Under the pieces are notes generated by a model. That model was not told the DNA's origin and ran no database searches. It saw only the letters and a list, made by a program, of their open reading frames with translations. A stretch of 64,000 bases of DNA from a bacterium (GTDB lineage Bacteria; Bacillota; Clostridia; Oscillospirales; CAG-272): the NCBI GenBank assembly GCA_963628435.1, contig CAVGEY010000008.1, positions 12,614-76,613 of the forward strand, given 5' to 3'. How positions within the stretch are numbered: position 1 is the first letter of the stretch; the number at the start of each line of letters is the position of its first letter. Of the stretch, positions 48,768 to 57,477 are shown in pieces. The translations under genes and the position numbers were made by a program.

Positions 48768-50444
48768 ATGGTAAAGAAAAAGGGGCTGAAGAAAATTCTG
48801 CTGTCGGTATTTTCGATACTGCTGTTGTTTATTCCCACATATCTCGCTGTTGACGCTTATTTTTCGGCCAAAGATGAGCCGGTTGATAAAAATTCGGTAT
48901 CTTCACTTGAATTTTGCGACTTAAACAATAAAACGACGAGTTATGACAAATCGACAGACGAAGGAGCAAAAATAATCGACATTCTGATGAATGTCCATTC
49001 TACCGCAAGAGTCTGTTCTTCTCTTCCGGATGAGCTTGAAAATGCCGATTATATCTCGGTAATTTATCACAGCTACGATCTTTCAAGCGAATACAAATAC
49101 TACTTTTCATCCGCGAAGCCCAGCAGCAGTTACTATGTTGATAATGATGGCAATGTATACCATATTGACGCATCGGCGGCAATATCTTTTCTTGACAGTG
49201 ATTTTTCGGCCAGTCTTTATGACGGATCGGAAATGCCTGTTCTTCTTCTGAATGAGTGTGAAATATATCCAGCGTCAAGCGGTTGGTCATACCAAAGCTA
49301 CAGCGGTCTTATTCATAATGTGCTGCCTAAATACATTGAAGATGAAAACAGCATAAGCTGCTCATACAGACAGTTCTGTCTTAAATTTGACAGAACTCCG
49401 AATGAAACATCTATCAAAGTTACAGATACCGCAGGAGACGAGCTTTATTCGGGAAATTTGGAAAATCTGACAGAAACGGATTTTTTCAGAAAAAATATTA
49501 AATCAAACTGCACTCTCACTGTTGACATCACGGCAAAATGGGACGGCATTTACGGTTCAAATGCCGGAGGAGAGGTGAGTTACAAACTCACCGTCGATTT
49601 TATCTTCGATCCCCTCGCATCATTCGCACTCGGAGAAGAGTCAATAGAATCGGGAGAATTTGTTGTTTTATCCGGAAAGTATATTGATGTAGAAGATATA
49701 GCGGCCGTAAACGTGTCGGTAAGTCCGGAAATAGACTTTGACGCGACATTTTTCGTAGACGGTGAATACATAAGAACAATAATTCCGTTTACGCTAACCG
49801 ACAAATCCGAATCACAGGCATATACGATAACAGTAAATTACCACGATGTCAAAACCGAACTTCAGCTTAACGTTATGCCTTCAACCGCGAAAAACAAGGT
49901 CAGAAAATACAATTACAAAAATGTAATTGATATGTCAACCCGTTCGGAAGAAAATTATGCGGCATTTGTCAATTTAATTAAAAATCTGCCGTATGAAAGT
50001 GAAATCTATTTTTCCGGAGAGTTTTTGATTCCCGATGAAAGTCAAAACAGAGCAAGATTCGGCGATACCGTAAATAACGGTACCGAGTCGCAAAAGCACC
50101 TATCCAACGGCATAGCATGGGTATGCTATAAAAATCAGCCTGTTTACGCCACGAACAAAGGAAAGGTCATTTATGTCGGGGAAACCATAATGGGCGGAGT
50201 CACAATAGTGATAGATCACGGTCTCGGTCTGCGCTCGGTATATTACTGTCTTGAAAAGTCAACCGTAACCGTAGGCGACATTGTGGAAAGCGGCTCGCAA
50301 ATTGCAACCGGCGGAGGAAACAAAGGTTATACCGATGATCATACCTGCTATTTCGAATTATGGGTTAAAGGTACGCCGGTATCATATTTCCCTCTTATAA
50401 GCGGCGGAAGAAACGGCAAGATTGTATTCGGCGACATCAGCTGA
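48768..50444 (+). CDS. Membrane-anchored protein with a C-terminal degenerate LytM/M23 domain
   Basis: 558 aa with an N-terminal TM helix. The C-terminal ..KHLSNGIAWV..GKVIYVGETIMGGVTIVIDHGLGLRSVYYCLEKSTVTVGDIVESGSQIATGG..DDHTCYFELWVKGTPV follows the M23 fold order. However, the HxxxD Asp and the HxH histidines appear substituted. Confidence 0.65.
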   Translation: MVKKKGLKKILLSVFSILLLFIPTYLAVDAYFSAKDEPVDKNSVSSLEFCDLNNKTTSYDKSTDEGAKIIDILMNVHSTARVCSSLPDELENADYISVIYHSYDLSSEYKYYFSSAKPSSSYYVDNDGNVYHIDASAAISFLDSDFSASLYDGSEMPVLLLNECEIYPASSGWSYQSYSGLIHNVLPKYIEDENSISCSYRQFCLKFDRTPNETSIKVTDTAGDELYSGNLENLTETDFFRKNIKSNCTLTVDITAKWDGIYGSNAGGEVSYKLTVDFIFDPLASFALGEESIESGEFVVLSGKYIDVEDIAAVNVSVSPEIDFDATFFVDGEYIRTIIPFTLTDKSESQAYTITVNYHDVKTELQLNVMPSTAKNKVRKYNYKNVIDMSTRSEENYAAFVNLIKNLPYESEIYFSGEFLIPDESQNRARFGDTVNNGTESQKHLSNGIAWVCYKNQPVYATNKGKVIYVGETIMGGVTIVIDHGLGLRSVYYCLEKSTVTVGDIVESGSQIATGGGNKGYTDDHTCYFELWVKGTPVSYFPLISGGRNGKIVFGDIS

Positions 50445-50470
50445 AAAGATTTTCAAAAGGATAATCATCA

Positions 50471-51310
50471 ATGAAATCAGATAAAGCAAAAAAATCATTT
50501 TTTTCTTCTGCCGATATACCGAGATTTATTCATTCAATGCTTTTCGGTGACAAGCTATCTTCGGTATTCACAATTATTGCTGTACTTTTTCTCCTATATT
50601 ACCTGACTGTGGGCATTTTTGTCGGGTTTAATATATCGATTTTGTTTGTTTGGCCTTTCTTTTCATTATGCATTGTCGGCTACCTTTTCATCAGGAAACT
50701 TTCAAAAGAAAGAATTATAAAGATACCGAAGCCGATAATAATTCTTTTCAGAGTATTTATCTGTATATGTTTTGCGGTTTTCTTGACGGTTGAGTGTATG
50801 ATATTCGGCGGCTTTGTATCCGATGCGCCGAAATCATGCGACTACATCATTGTACTCGGAGCACGCGTTTCGGGGACAAGACCGTCGCTGGCGCTCAAAT
50901 ACAGAATCGATGCGGCATACGAATATCTTTCCGAAAATCCCGAAACGATTTGCATCGCGACCGGCGCAAAAGGAAATGACGAGATTATAAGCGAAGCAAG
51001 CTGCATCAAAAACGAGCTTATTAAATCGGGTATCGACAGCGACAGAATAATTATCGAGGAGAAATCGCTGTCAACATCCGAAAACATCTACAATAGTTTT
51101 GAGATTATAAGGGACACAAATGCAAGGGTTGCGATAGTCAGCAGCAATTTTCATGTGACAAGAGGAAAGGCTATTGCGAGAAAATGCGGACTGAAAAATG
51201 TATACGGCATTTCGGCGCCGCTTCCGTCGATACTTCTTCCCCACTATCTTGTGCGTGAATTTGTTTCGATTGTTGTTGACACGGCATACGGAAACACAAA
51301 ATTTGTATAA
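50471..51310 (+). CDS. DUF218 (YdcF/SanA/ElyC-like) membrane protein
   Basis: 279 aa. N-terminal TM helices, then DYIIVLGARVSGTRPSLALKYRIDAAYEYL...ATGAKG...EASCIKNELIKSGIDSDRIIIEEKSLSTSENI. Confidence 0.75.
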   Translation: MKSDKAKKSFFSSADIPRFIHSMLFGDKLSSVFTIIAVLFLLYYLTVGIFVGFNISILFVWPFFSLCIVGYLFIRKLSKERIIKIPKPIIILFRVFICICFAVFLTVECMIFGGFVSDAPKSCDYIIVLGARVSGTRPSLALKYRIDAAYEYLSENPETICIATGAKGNDEIISEASCIKNELIKSGIDSDRIIIEEKSLSTSENIYNSFEIIRDTNARVAIVSSNFHVTRGKAIARKCGLKNVYGISAPLPSILLPHYLVREFVSIVVDTAYGNTKFV

Positions 51311-51313
51311 AAA

Positions 51314-51343
51314 ATATGGGTTCTTACGAACCCATATTTTTTT
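51314..51343. terminator. Bidirectional terminator (DUF218 gene / recR)
   Basis: atatgggttc / gaacccatat stem (51314-51323 / 51328-51337) with A-runs and T-runs on both sides. Confidence 0.75.
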
Positions 51344-51941
51344 AGTTTATTTCACGTCTTCCGTCAAGTGCTCTGAACAAGGTTACTTCATCAGCATATT
51401 CCAAATCAGCTCCGACGGGGATGCCGTAAGCAAGACGTGTGATTTTAATTTCAAACGGTTTCAAAAGTTTAGTCAGATACAATGCAGTCGCTTCACCCTC
51501 GATTGTAGGGTTTGTGGCAATAATTATTTCCTTGATTTCTTCATTATTGACTCTTGAAAGAAGCTCCTTGATTTTGAGCTTTTCGGGGCCGATACCGTCT
51601 ACGGGAGAAATTACTCCGTCAAGCACATGATATCTTCCGTGATAATCGCGCACGCGTTCAACAGACATCACGGCACGCACATCTTCGACGACGCATATTA
51701 TCGGATCGCGTTTCGGATCACTGCATATTGAGCAGAGATCTCCCTCGCATATATTATTGCAGATGCGACACCTTTTTATGAGTTTTTTTGCATCGGTAAT
51801 CGCCGAACAAATTTCAAGTGCCTTATTCTCATCCATATTGAGCACCGCAATAGCATAACGGGTGGCTGTTTTGCGTCCGACTCCCGGCAGCTTTCCGAAC
51901 TGCTCGATCAGTTTTTCAAGCGGTAAAATATATTCGCTCAT
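51342..51941 (-). CDS. recR: Recombination protein RecR
   Basis: 199 aa. LIEQFGKLPGVGRKTATRYA HhH motif, a Cys4 zinc finger (CRICNNICEGDLCSIC) and a Toprim domain. Confidence 0.96.
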   Translation of the reverse strand: MSEYILPLEKLIEQFGKLPGVGRKTATRYAIAVLNMDENKALEICSAITDAKKLIKRCRICNNICEGDLCSICSDPKRDPIICVVEDVRAVMSVERVRDYHGRYHVLDGVISPVDGIGPEKLKIKELLSRVNNEEIKEIIIATNPTIEGEATALYLTKLLKPFEIKITRLAYGIPVGADLEYADEVTLFRALDGRREIN

Positions 51942-51945
51942 TTTA

Positions 51946-52302
51946 TCAATACAAGCCGCCGAACCCGGGCAAATTCATATTTCCGGTTATCTGGGACATA
52001 GCGGCCTCATTTGTGCTTTCAACCTTCTTTATCGCCTGGTTAACCGCCGCAACAATAATATCCGAAAGCGTTTCGATATCATCGGGATCAACGATATCGG
52101 GAGACAAATCTATCGAAAGAATTTCCTTCTTACCGTTTATTTTTACGGTTACGGCACCGCCGCCTGCCTGAACTTCATACTCTGCCGCATCAAGTTCAGC
52201 CTGCTTTGCCTCCATATCCGCCTGCATTTTCTGTGCCTGTTTGAGCATACTCTGCATATTTCCGGGACCTTTTCCCATTCCTTCCGGCAATCTTGACTTC
52301 AT
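51946..52302 (-). CDS. ybaB: Nucleoid-associated protein YbaB/EbfC
   Basis: 118 aa. NMQSMLKQAQKMQADMEAKQAEL...GGGAVTVKINGKKEILSIDLSP. Confidence 0.93.
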   Translation of the reverse strand: MKSRLPEGMGKGPGNMQSMLKQAQKMQADMEAKQAELDAAEYEVQAGGGAVTVKINGKKEILSIDLSPDIVDPDDIETLSDIIVAAVNQAIKKVESTNEAAMSQITGNMNLPGFGGLY

Positions 52303-52327
52303 AAATCATCTTCCTCTTCTTTTTTTA

Positions 52328-53914
52328 TTAAAATAAATCATCGTAATTATCTTGTTTTTTTTGCTTTTTGTTTACGGCAAGCTTTACTTCGCTGAATTTG
52401 TCCCCGTATGAGGCAACAAGCGACATTATTGCCTCCGGCACCTTTTTATCGGTTAACAGCATTTTTGCAAATTCGTCATTCAGGTTGATTATCAGCAGAT
52501 CGCCGCCCGATATCTCGGCAGTGGCGTTTATGAGAAAGGATGCGGCGCCTTTATCTACTTTGCCGAAATTTTCGGTAATATTCTGCCAATTCTCATAAGG
52601 CTTTTTTTCGGCTGCTTTATCGTTTTCGTTCGTTTCGCTTTGCTTTTCGGCCATCCCGATTTTATTATCGGATTCGGCCCTACTTACCGAATTCGGTTTA
52701 TTTTCATCTGCGGAAATTTTGATCGGTATCTTTACTGTTCCGCCTGCCGCAAGCTGAGTCAGTTTTTCATCAAGTGCATCAATCCTTGCCGAAAGTGCCT
52801 CATTCGAATCTTCGGATGTATCATTACACATCCGAATAAGAAGCATTTCGGCGGTAATTCTCTTATCGGCCCCGCGATTTATCGAAATAAGCGCCGATTC
52901 AATAAGTTTGGAATGATAAACCATTGTTGAATAGCGCATCATAGCCGAAAGCGCACTGATATCCGAAAGTTCATTATCCGAAACATCGAGTATATCTTTT
53001 GACACTGCGGAGGCTTTTGTAACATTCATTGCCTTCTGAACCATCATATCCCTGTAAAACTGTGCAAGATCATTCAGATAGACGGCAATATCGCGTGATG
53101 ATTTATATACCGATGAAATCTCTTCGAGCAGAATTTTGGGCTTTCTGTCTATAATCGCGCGTACCGATCTGACTATATTTTCTCTGCCGACCGCCCCCGA
53201 CACGCTGCTGACTTTTTCGGACGTAATCTCCGCTCCGTCTGCGGCACAGAGCTCCAGCATACTTATCGAGTCCCGCATTCCTCCCTGAGAAAGTCTGGCT
53301 ATAAGTCTTGCTCCGTCGGTTGTAAGTTTTATGTTTTCTTTTTCCGCAATGAATTCAAGGCGCGACACAAGTTTATCGGTTGGAATACGTCTGAAATCAA
53401 AGCGTTGGCATCTCGAAATAATTGTTGCCGGAATTTTCTGAATTTCGGTTGTTGCAAGAATAAAAATAACATTAGAAGGCGGTTCCTCAAGTGTTTTCAG
53501 CAATGCATTGAAAGCACTTTCGGATAGCATGTGAACCTCGTCGATAATATAGACACGCGTGCCCATCTCGGACGGAGTATACAAAACCTCTTCACGTATA
53601 TCGCGAATATAGTCGACGCCGGTATTGCTCGCGGCATCCATTTCAAGGACATCGAGTGATGTTCCGGAATCGATTGCAAGGCAGGAATCGCATTTATTGC
53701 ACGGATTGCCGTTTGAAAGATTCTTGCAGTTAGCGGCCTTAGCCAATATCTTCGCGCATGTTGTCTTGCCGGTTCCGCGTGATCCGCAGAACAGATAAGC
53801 ATGACTGAGTTTACCGTTTGCCGCTTCATATTCGAGGACTTTGGTTATATGGTCCTGACCGACAACATCGGTAAAAACAGCGGGTCGCCACTTCCGATAG
53901 AGTGCCTGATGCAA
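52328..53914 (-). CDS. dnaX: DNA polymerase III subunit tau (gamma/tau)
   Basis: HQALYRKWRP..., GSRGTGKTT, Zn module CNKCDSC. The track ORF starts at GTG 53965 inside the SRP RNA. TTG 53914 follows a GGAGG SD by 7 nt and gives the family-typical N-terminus M-HQALYRKWRP. Confidence 0.93.
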   Translation of the reverse strand: MHQALYRKWRPAVFTDVVGQDHITKVLEYEAANGKLSHAYLFCGSRGTGKTTCAKILAKAANCKNLSNGNPCNKCDSCLAIDSGTSLDVLEMDAASNTGVDYIRDIREEVLYTPSEMGTRVYIIDEVHMLSESAFNALLKTLEEPPSNVIFILATTEIQKIPATIISRCQRFDFRRIPTDKLVSRLEFIAEKENIKLTTDGARLIARLSQGGMRDSISMLELCAADGAEITSEKVSSVSGAVGRENIVRSVRAIIDRKPKILLEEISSVYKSSRDIAVYLNDLAQFYRDMMVQKAMNVTKASAVSKDILDVSDNELSDISALSAMMRYSTMVYHSKLIESALISINRGADKRITAEMLLIRMCNDTSEDSNEALSARIDALDEKLTQLAAGGTVKIPIKISADENKPNSVSRAESDNKIGMAEKQSETNENDKAAEKKPYENWQNITENFGKVDKGAASFLINATAEISGGDLLIINLNDEFAKMLLTDKKVPEAIMSLVASYGDKFSEVKLAVNKKQKKQDNYDDLF

Positions 53915-53955
53915 GATAACACCTCCGATACAAAAAAATAAAGGACATAAAATAA

Positions 53956-54228
53956 GACCATACACCGCTTCTCGAACATTTTATATATGCGGTAAAAGAG
54001 TCTCATGCTCCAAACAGGCAAACCCGTGGCACACCGACGTACCCGCTTAATGCTGCTTGGTTCCCCACCTGACATGGTTCACGGGCGTCGATTGCACAGG
54101 ACCCATCCTTCAACACACAAGAACTCGGTGCAGACCATACACAAAAAGCCCTCAAAGACGGAAACCACCCCTGCTGTAGCGGATTGCAGGTAACAAGGCA
54201 CCGCTATCTCCCCGGCCGGTATGGCCCT
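53956..54228 (-). ncRNA. ffs: Signal recognition particle RNA, long (Bacillus-type, Alu-domain-containing) form
   Basis: The minus-strand transcript contains the Alu-domain sequence GGGGAGAUAGCGGUGCCUUGUUACCUGCAAUCCGCUACAGCAGGG, close to B. subtilis scRNA as I recall it. It also has the domain IV motif CAUGUCAGGUGGGGAACCAAGCAGCAUUAAGCGGG (GGAA tetraloop, AGCAGC). The 5' GGCCAUACC pairs with the 3' GGUGUAUGGUC. It is located immediately upstream of dnaX, as in Firmicutes. Ends are approximate. Confidence 0.85.
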
Positions 54229-54293
54229 ATTTTATATCCTTTATTTTGTTTTAGTCCGACCGACTGTTTACACTCGGTCGCGATTCTATCGGT

Positions 54294-54322
54294 ATTATAT
54301 CACATTTTGCCCGATATTTCAA
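54294..54322 (-). promoter_or_regulatory. Promoter of the SRP RNA precursor
   Basis: Minus strand TTGAAA (54322-54317), 17-nt spacer, TGa-TATAAT (54302-54294). It lies about 65 nt upstream of the mature 5' helix, consistent with precursor processing. Confidence 0.5.
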
Positions 54323-54397
54323 GAGTATCCCGCAATTTTATTTGATAAATTTACCGTTTGTTCAGATATCAATCTATTTTCTGAATTGAGAGCAGAA

Positions 54398-55504
54398 TTA
54401 CTTTGAAATCATTTTCAGGTAGGCGTTGATGAATCCGTCGATTTCTCCGTCCATTACCGCCTGAATATTAACCTCTTCATAGCCAGTTCTGCCGTCTTTT
54501 GCAAGTGTGTACGGCATAAAGACATACGAACGTATCTGTGCGCCCCATTCGATATTTGCCTTGATTCCCTTTATATCGTCGATTTTCTGAAGATTCTGCT
54601 GTATTTTGATTTCCATTAGCTTACTTTTCAGCATGTGAAGAGCTGTTTCCTTGTTTTGCAGCTGGCTGCGTTCGGTTTGGCAACCCACAACAATTCCGGT
54701 TGGTATATGAAGAATTCTGATTGCGGAATCGGTTTTATTTATGTGCTGTCCGCCCGCTCCGCTCGATCTGTGCGCCGTTACTTCGATATCCTCCGGGCGT
54801 ATCTCGACAGAGCCGTCATCTTCAAGTTCGGGCATAACCTCAACCGATGCAAATGATGTCTGGCGCCGTCCCGATGCATCAAAAGGAGAGATACGAACAA
54901 GTCGGTGTACTCCGTTTTCGCTTTTGAGAAATCCGTATGCATTATCGCCGTTTATGCTTATGGTTGCGCTTTTTATACCTGCCTCATCACCGTCGAGCCA
55001 ATCAACAAGCTTTACTTCAAATCCATGTTTTTCACCCCAGCGCGTATACATTCTGTAAAGCATCATTGCCCAGTCCTGTGCCTCTGTTCCGCCCGCTCCC
55101 GGATGGAATGTGAGTATCGCGTTGTTCGAATCATACTCTCCGGTCAAAAGCGCGGAAATACGCATTGTCTCGGCTTCGCTTTCAAGAGCTGTCTGCTCAT
55201 CAAGAACTTCCTGTGTAAACGATTCATCATTTTCCTCGATGGCGAGCTCGGCAAGTGAAATGGCATCTTCAAGGCGCGATTTGAGCGAATTATAATCGTC
55301 AATTTTCTTTTTCAGCTGTTTGATTTCCTGAAGAATTTTGCCTGATTTTGACGCGTCCGCCCAGAAATCGGCCTCGTATGTAATACGTTCGAGTTCCTCT
55401 GCTTTTTTTTCGGCGTCTTCGATATGAAGCGAATTATAGAGTTCGCCGACATCGTCACGCAGAGATTTTAATTTTAATTTTGATTCCTCAAGCTGTATAA
55501 TCAT
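54398..55504 (-). CDS. prfB: Peptide chain release factor 2 (single continuous ORF, no programmed frameshift)
   Basis: 368 aa. SPF tripeptide (RISPFDASGRRQTSF) and GGQ (SSGAGGQHINKTDSA). Confidence 0.95.
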   Translation of the reverse strand: MIIQLEESKLKLKSLRDDVGELYNSLHIEDAEKKAEELERITYEADFWADASKSGKILQEIKQLKKKIDDYNSLKSRLEDAISLAELAIEENDESFTQEVLDEQTALESEAETMRISALLTGEYDSNNAILTFHPGAGGTEAQDWAMMLYRMYTRWGEKHGFEVKLVDWLDGDEAGIKSATISINGDNAYGFLKSENGVHRLVRISPFDASGRRQTSFASVEVMPELEDDGSVEIRPEDIEVTAHRSSGAGGQHINKTDSAIRILHIPTGIVVGCQTERSQLQNKETALHMLKSKLMEIKIQQNLQKIDDIKGIKANIEWGAQIRSYVFMPYTLAKDGRTGYEEVNIQAVMDGEIDGFINAYLKMISK

Positions 55505-55550
55505 CTGTCTGTTTATTCCCTTCAGCCGAATTTACATCGGCAACATTGTT

Positions 55551-56324
55551 TCAGCTATATTTAATTTTGCTGCAGTCAAAAATATCTATATTGATTTTCT
55601 CACCGGCGATATGATTTTCAATCATATTCTTCAGCTTTTCAAGTACCGGGTTCTCGGTATGGAAATGTCCTGCCAAAATAACATTCAGCCCCATTTCACG
55701 GGAATCAAGAAGCGAATTATAGTCCATTTCCCCGGTAACATAGCTATCGGCGCCCGATTTTAATGCCGAAATCACATAATCCTTACCCGCTCCGCCGAGC
55801 ACGGCAACACGGTGGATTCTGTTTCCCGCATCCGATACCGTAACATTCGGGCAGTCGAGACGCTCTTTTACTACATTTGCAAACGCATCAAGATCCGACG
55901 GCTTTACATACCCGATTCTGCCGATTTTCTCTCCGTCGGGGCCGAATGGCTCGGCATCGGTAAGACCGAGCTTTTCCGCAAGAGCATCATTTACTCCTCC
56001 CGAAGCGGCATCAAGTCTTGTATGAAAAGAAAATGCCGAAATACCGTTTTCGGTAAGCCGGACAAGTCTTTTGCCGACATAATCGAGAGCAGACAGGCCT
56101 TTAATCGGTCTGAAAACAAGCGGATGATGCGAAATTATCACATTCATTTGATTCTGCTCGGCATAATCTATCGCTTCACTTGTTATATCAAGCGTAAGAA
56201 GAATTCCGCTGACCGTTCTGTCTGCATCCGGCATGCACATTACTCCGTCGTTATCCCATTCACAGCTGAGAGACGGCGGTATCAGGCTGTCAAGCAGTTT
56301 ATATATTTCATATACCGTACTCAT
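55551..56324 (-). CDS. Nif3-like dinuclear metal centre protein (YqfO family)
   Basis: NVIISHHPLVFRPIKGL and C-terminal AGHFHTE motifs. The track starts at TTG 56339. ATG 56324 (MSTVYEI..) follows a GGAG SD and lies 2 nt after the trmK stop. Confidence 0.88.
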   Translation of the reverse strand: MSTVYEIYKLLDSLIPPSLSCEWDNDGVMCMPDADRTVSGILLTLDITSEAIDYAEQNQMNVIISHHPLVFRPIKGLSALDYVGKRLVRLTENGISAFSFHTRLDAASGGVNDALAEKLGLTDAEPFGPDGEKIGRIGYVKPSDLDAFANVVKERLDCPNVTVSDAGNRIHRVAVLGGAGKDYVISALKSGADSYVTGEMDYNSLLDSREMGLNVILAGHFHTENPVLEKLKNMIENHIAGEKINIDIFDCSKIKYS

Positions 56325-56326
56325 TT

Positions 56327-57043
56327 TTACTCCAAGCAAAGCATTTCGAGACTGCCGATAAGTTCTGATATTTCATCTGTGTTTTGGCCCGTTGTCTTTA
56401 ATCCGTCCGCTTTGTTTCTGAGAGGTCTTATGTTCATTCGAACAAAATTTCCAAGCAACGCGCTCTTCTTTTTTATGTTTATCGGCCCGATAAGTTTTTC
56501 CGCTTCTGTTAATTCATACGTCTCACCGGTATACTCGGCAACGATTATCTGATATATTTTACGACTGTTTTCCATGACGAGATCCTCATCCGCTATGCGA
56601 AACCCGTTTTTCGAAAGATAGGCGCGCAGCAAGTCGGCATGCGTCATCGGTTGAAGAATCAGTCTCACATTCCGAGAATGTATATAATCACACTCGCTTA
56701 TTATCGATGAAATAAGCTCGCCGCCCATACCGCAAATGAATATATCGTCGGGAGTGAAATTCTCCACACCGTGCAAACCGTCTGTCAAAAGAGTCTGTAT
56801 TTTCGATTCGAGTCGATATTCGGATATATTATCCGACGCTCGCGACAATGGGCCTGTTTTCACATCGCACGCGACGGCGGATGACGAAATACCGTTCGAT
56901 ACAAGATATATCGGCAAATAGGCATGATCTGTGCCTATATCGGCGATTTTTTTACCGTAACGGGCATATTCCGCAGCCTTCATAAGTCTCGGCGTTAATG
57001 AAATGCCCTTCTTTTTTTCATTATCTTTTTCTGTCATTTTCAA
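56327..57043 (-). CDS. trmK: tRNA (adenine22-N1)-methyltransferase
   Basis: 238 aa. IADIGTDHAYLPIYLV motif. The trmK-nif3 pairing is as in Bacillus yqfN-yqfO. Confidence 0.85.
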   Translation of the reverse strand: MKMTEKDNEKKKGISLTPRLMKAAEYARYGKKIADIGTDHAYLPIYLVSNGISSSAVACDVKTGPLSRASDNISEYRLESKIQTLLTDGLHGVENFTPDDIFICGMGGELISSIISECDYIHSRNVRLILQPMTHADLLRAYLSKNGFRIADEDLVMENSRKIYQIIVAEYTGETYELTEAEKLIGPINIKKKSALLGNFVRMNIRPLRNKADGLKTTGQNTDEISELIGSLEMLCLE

Positions 57044-57099
57044 AGAAATCGGCTGTCATGATTCAGCATTTGACTACTGACAAAGACAGCCTTGCTCTT

Positions 57100-57303
57100 T
57101 TACTTTTTCTCGCTCAGGTAATCATTGATTTTTTTGACAAGCGCATCGGCGTCGGTATCATGAACCGCGCACGCCATCTCGATGCTTTCGCCTCTTGATG
57201 CGGGGCAACCGAGACAATGCATTCCTATCTCGAAAAAGAACTGTGCGGTTTCGATATCAAAATCAAGCACATCACCGATAAGTGTTTCTTTGGTAACTTC
57301 CAT
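57100..57303 (-). CDS. DUF1858 / hybrid-cluster-protein-associated redox disulfide protein
   Basis: 67 aa. LIGDVLDFDIETAQFFFEIGMHCLGCPASRGESIEMACAVHD with a CxxC motif. Confidence 0.75.
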   Translation of the reverse strand: MEVTKETLIGDVLDFDIETAQFFFEIGMHCLGCPASRGESIEMACAVHDTDADALVKKINDYLSEKK

Positions 57304-57376
57304 ACTAATACCTCCTGCCGCTCAAAATCGGCGTTTTCCCGTCATTTTAACGGCATTTTTCTCATATAACTGTATT

Positions 57377-57405
57377 ATTATAGCTTATTTCGGTTTGTCT
57401 GTCAA
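57377..57405 (-). promoter_or_regulatory. Consensus sigma-70 promoter of the DUF1858 gene
   Basis: Minus strand TTGACA (57405-57400), 17-nt spacer, TATAAT (57382-57377). Confidence 0.6.
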
Positions 57406-57430
57406 TGGAAAAACAAAAAGAATATCTTTT

Positions 57431-57475
57431 TTTTACAAAAAATCGGAGCCGACGTCAAAGCTTCGGCTCCGTTTT
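57431..57475 (-). terminator. Terminator of the VTC-DUF4956-cyclophilin operon
   Basis: cggagccga / tcggctccg stem (57444-57452 / 57463-57471), followed on the minus strand by AUUUUUUGUAAAAAAAA. Confidence 0.75.
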
Positions 57476-57477
57476 CA

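Noticed and set aside
53845-54406. Three 61-76-aa ORFs between dnaX and prfB.
   Set aside because: The region is explained by the SRP RNA and its promoter and leader. The ORFs lack SDs.
54398-55504. I looked for the programmed +1 frameshift site (CUU UGA C after about 25 codons) typical of prfB.
   Set aside because: The ORF is continuous (..ELYNSLHIEDAEKK..), with full-length RF2 in one frame. A sizeable minority of bacteria lack the frameshift, so this is not an anomaly.
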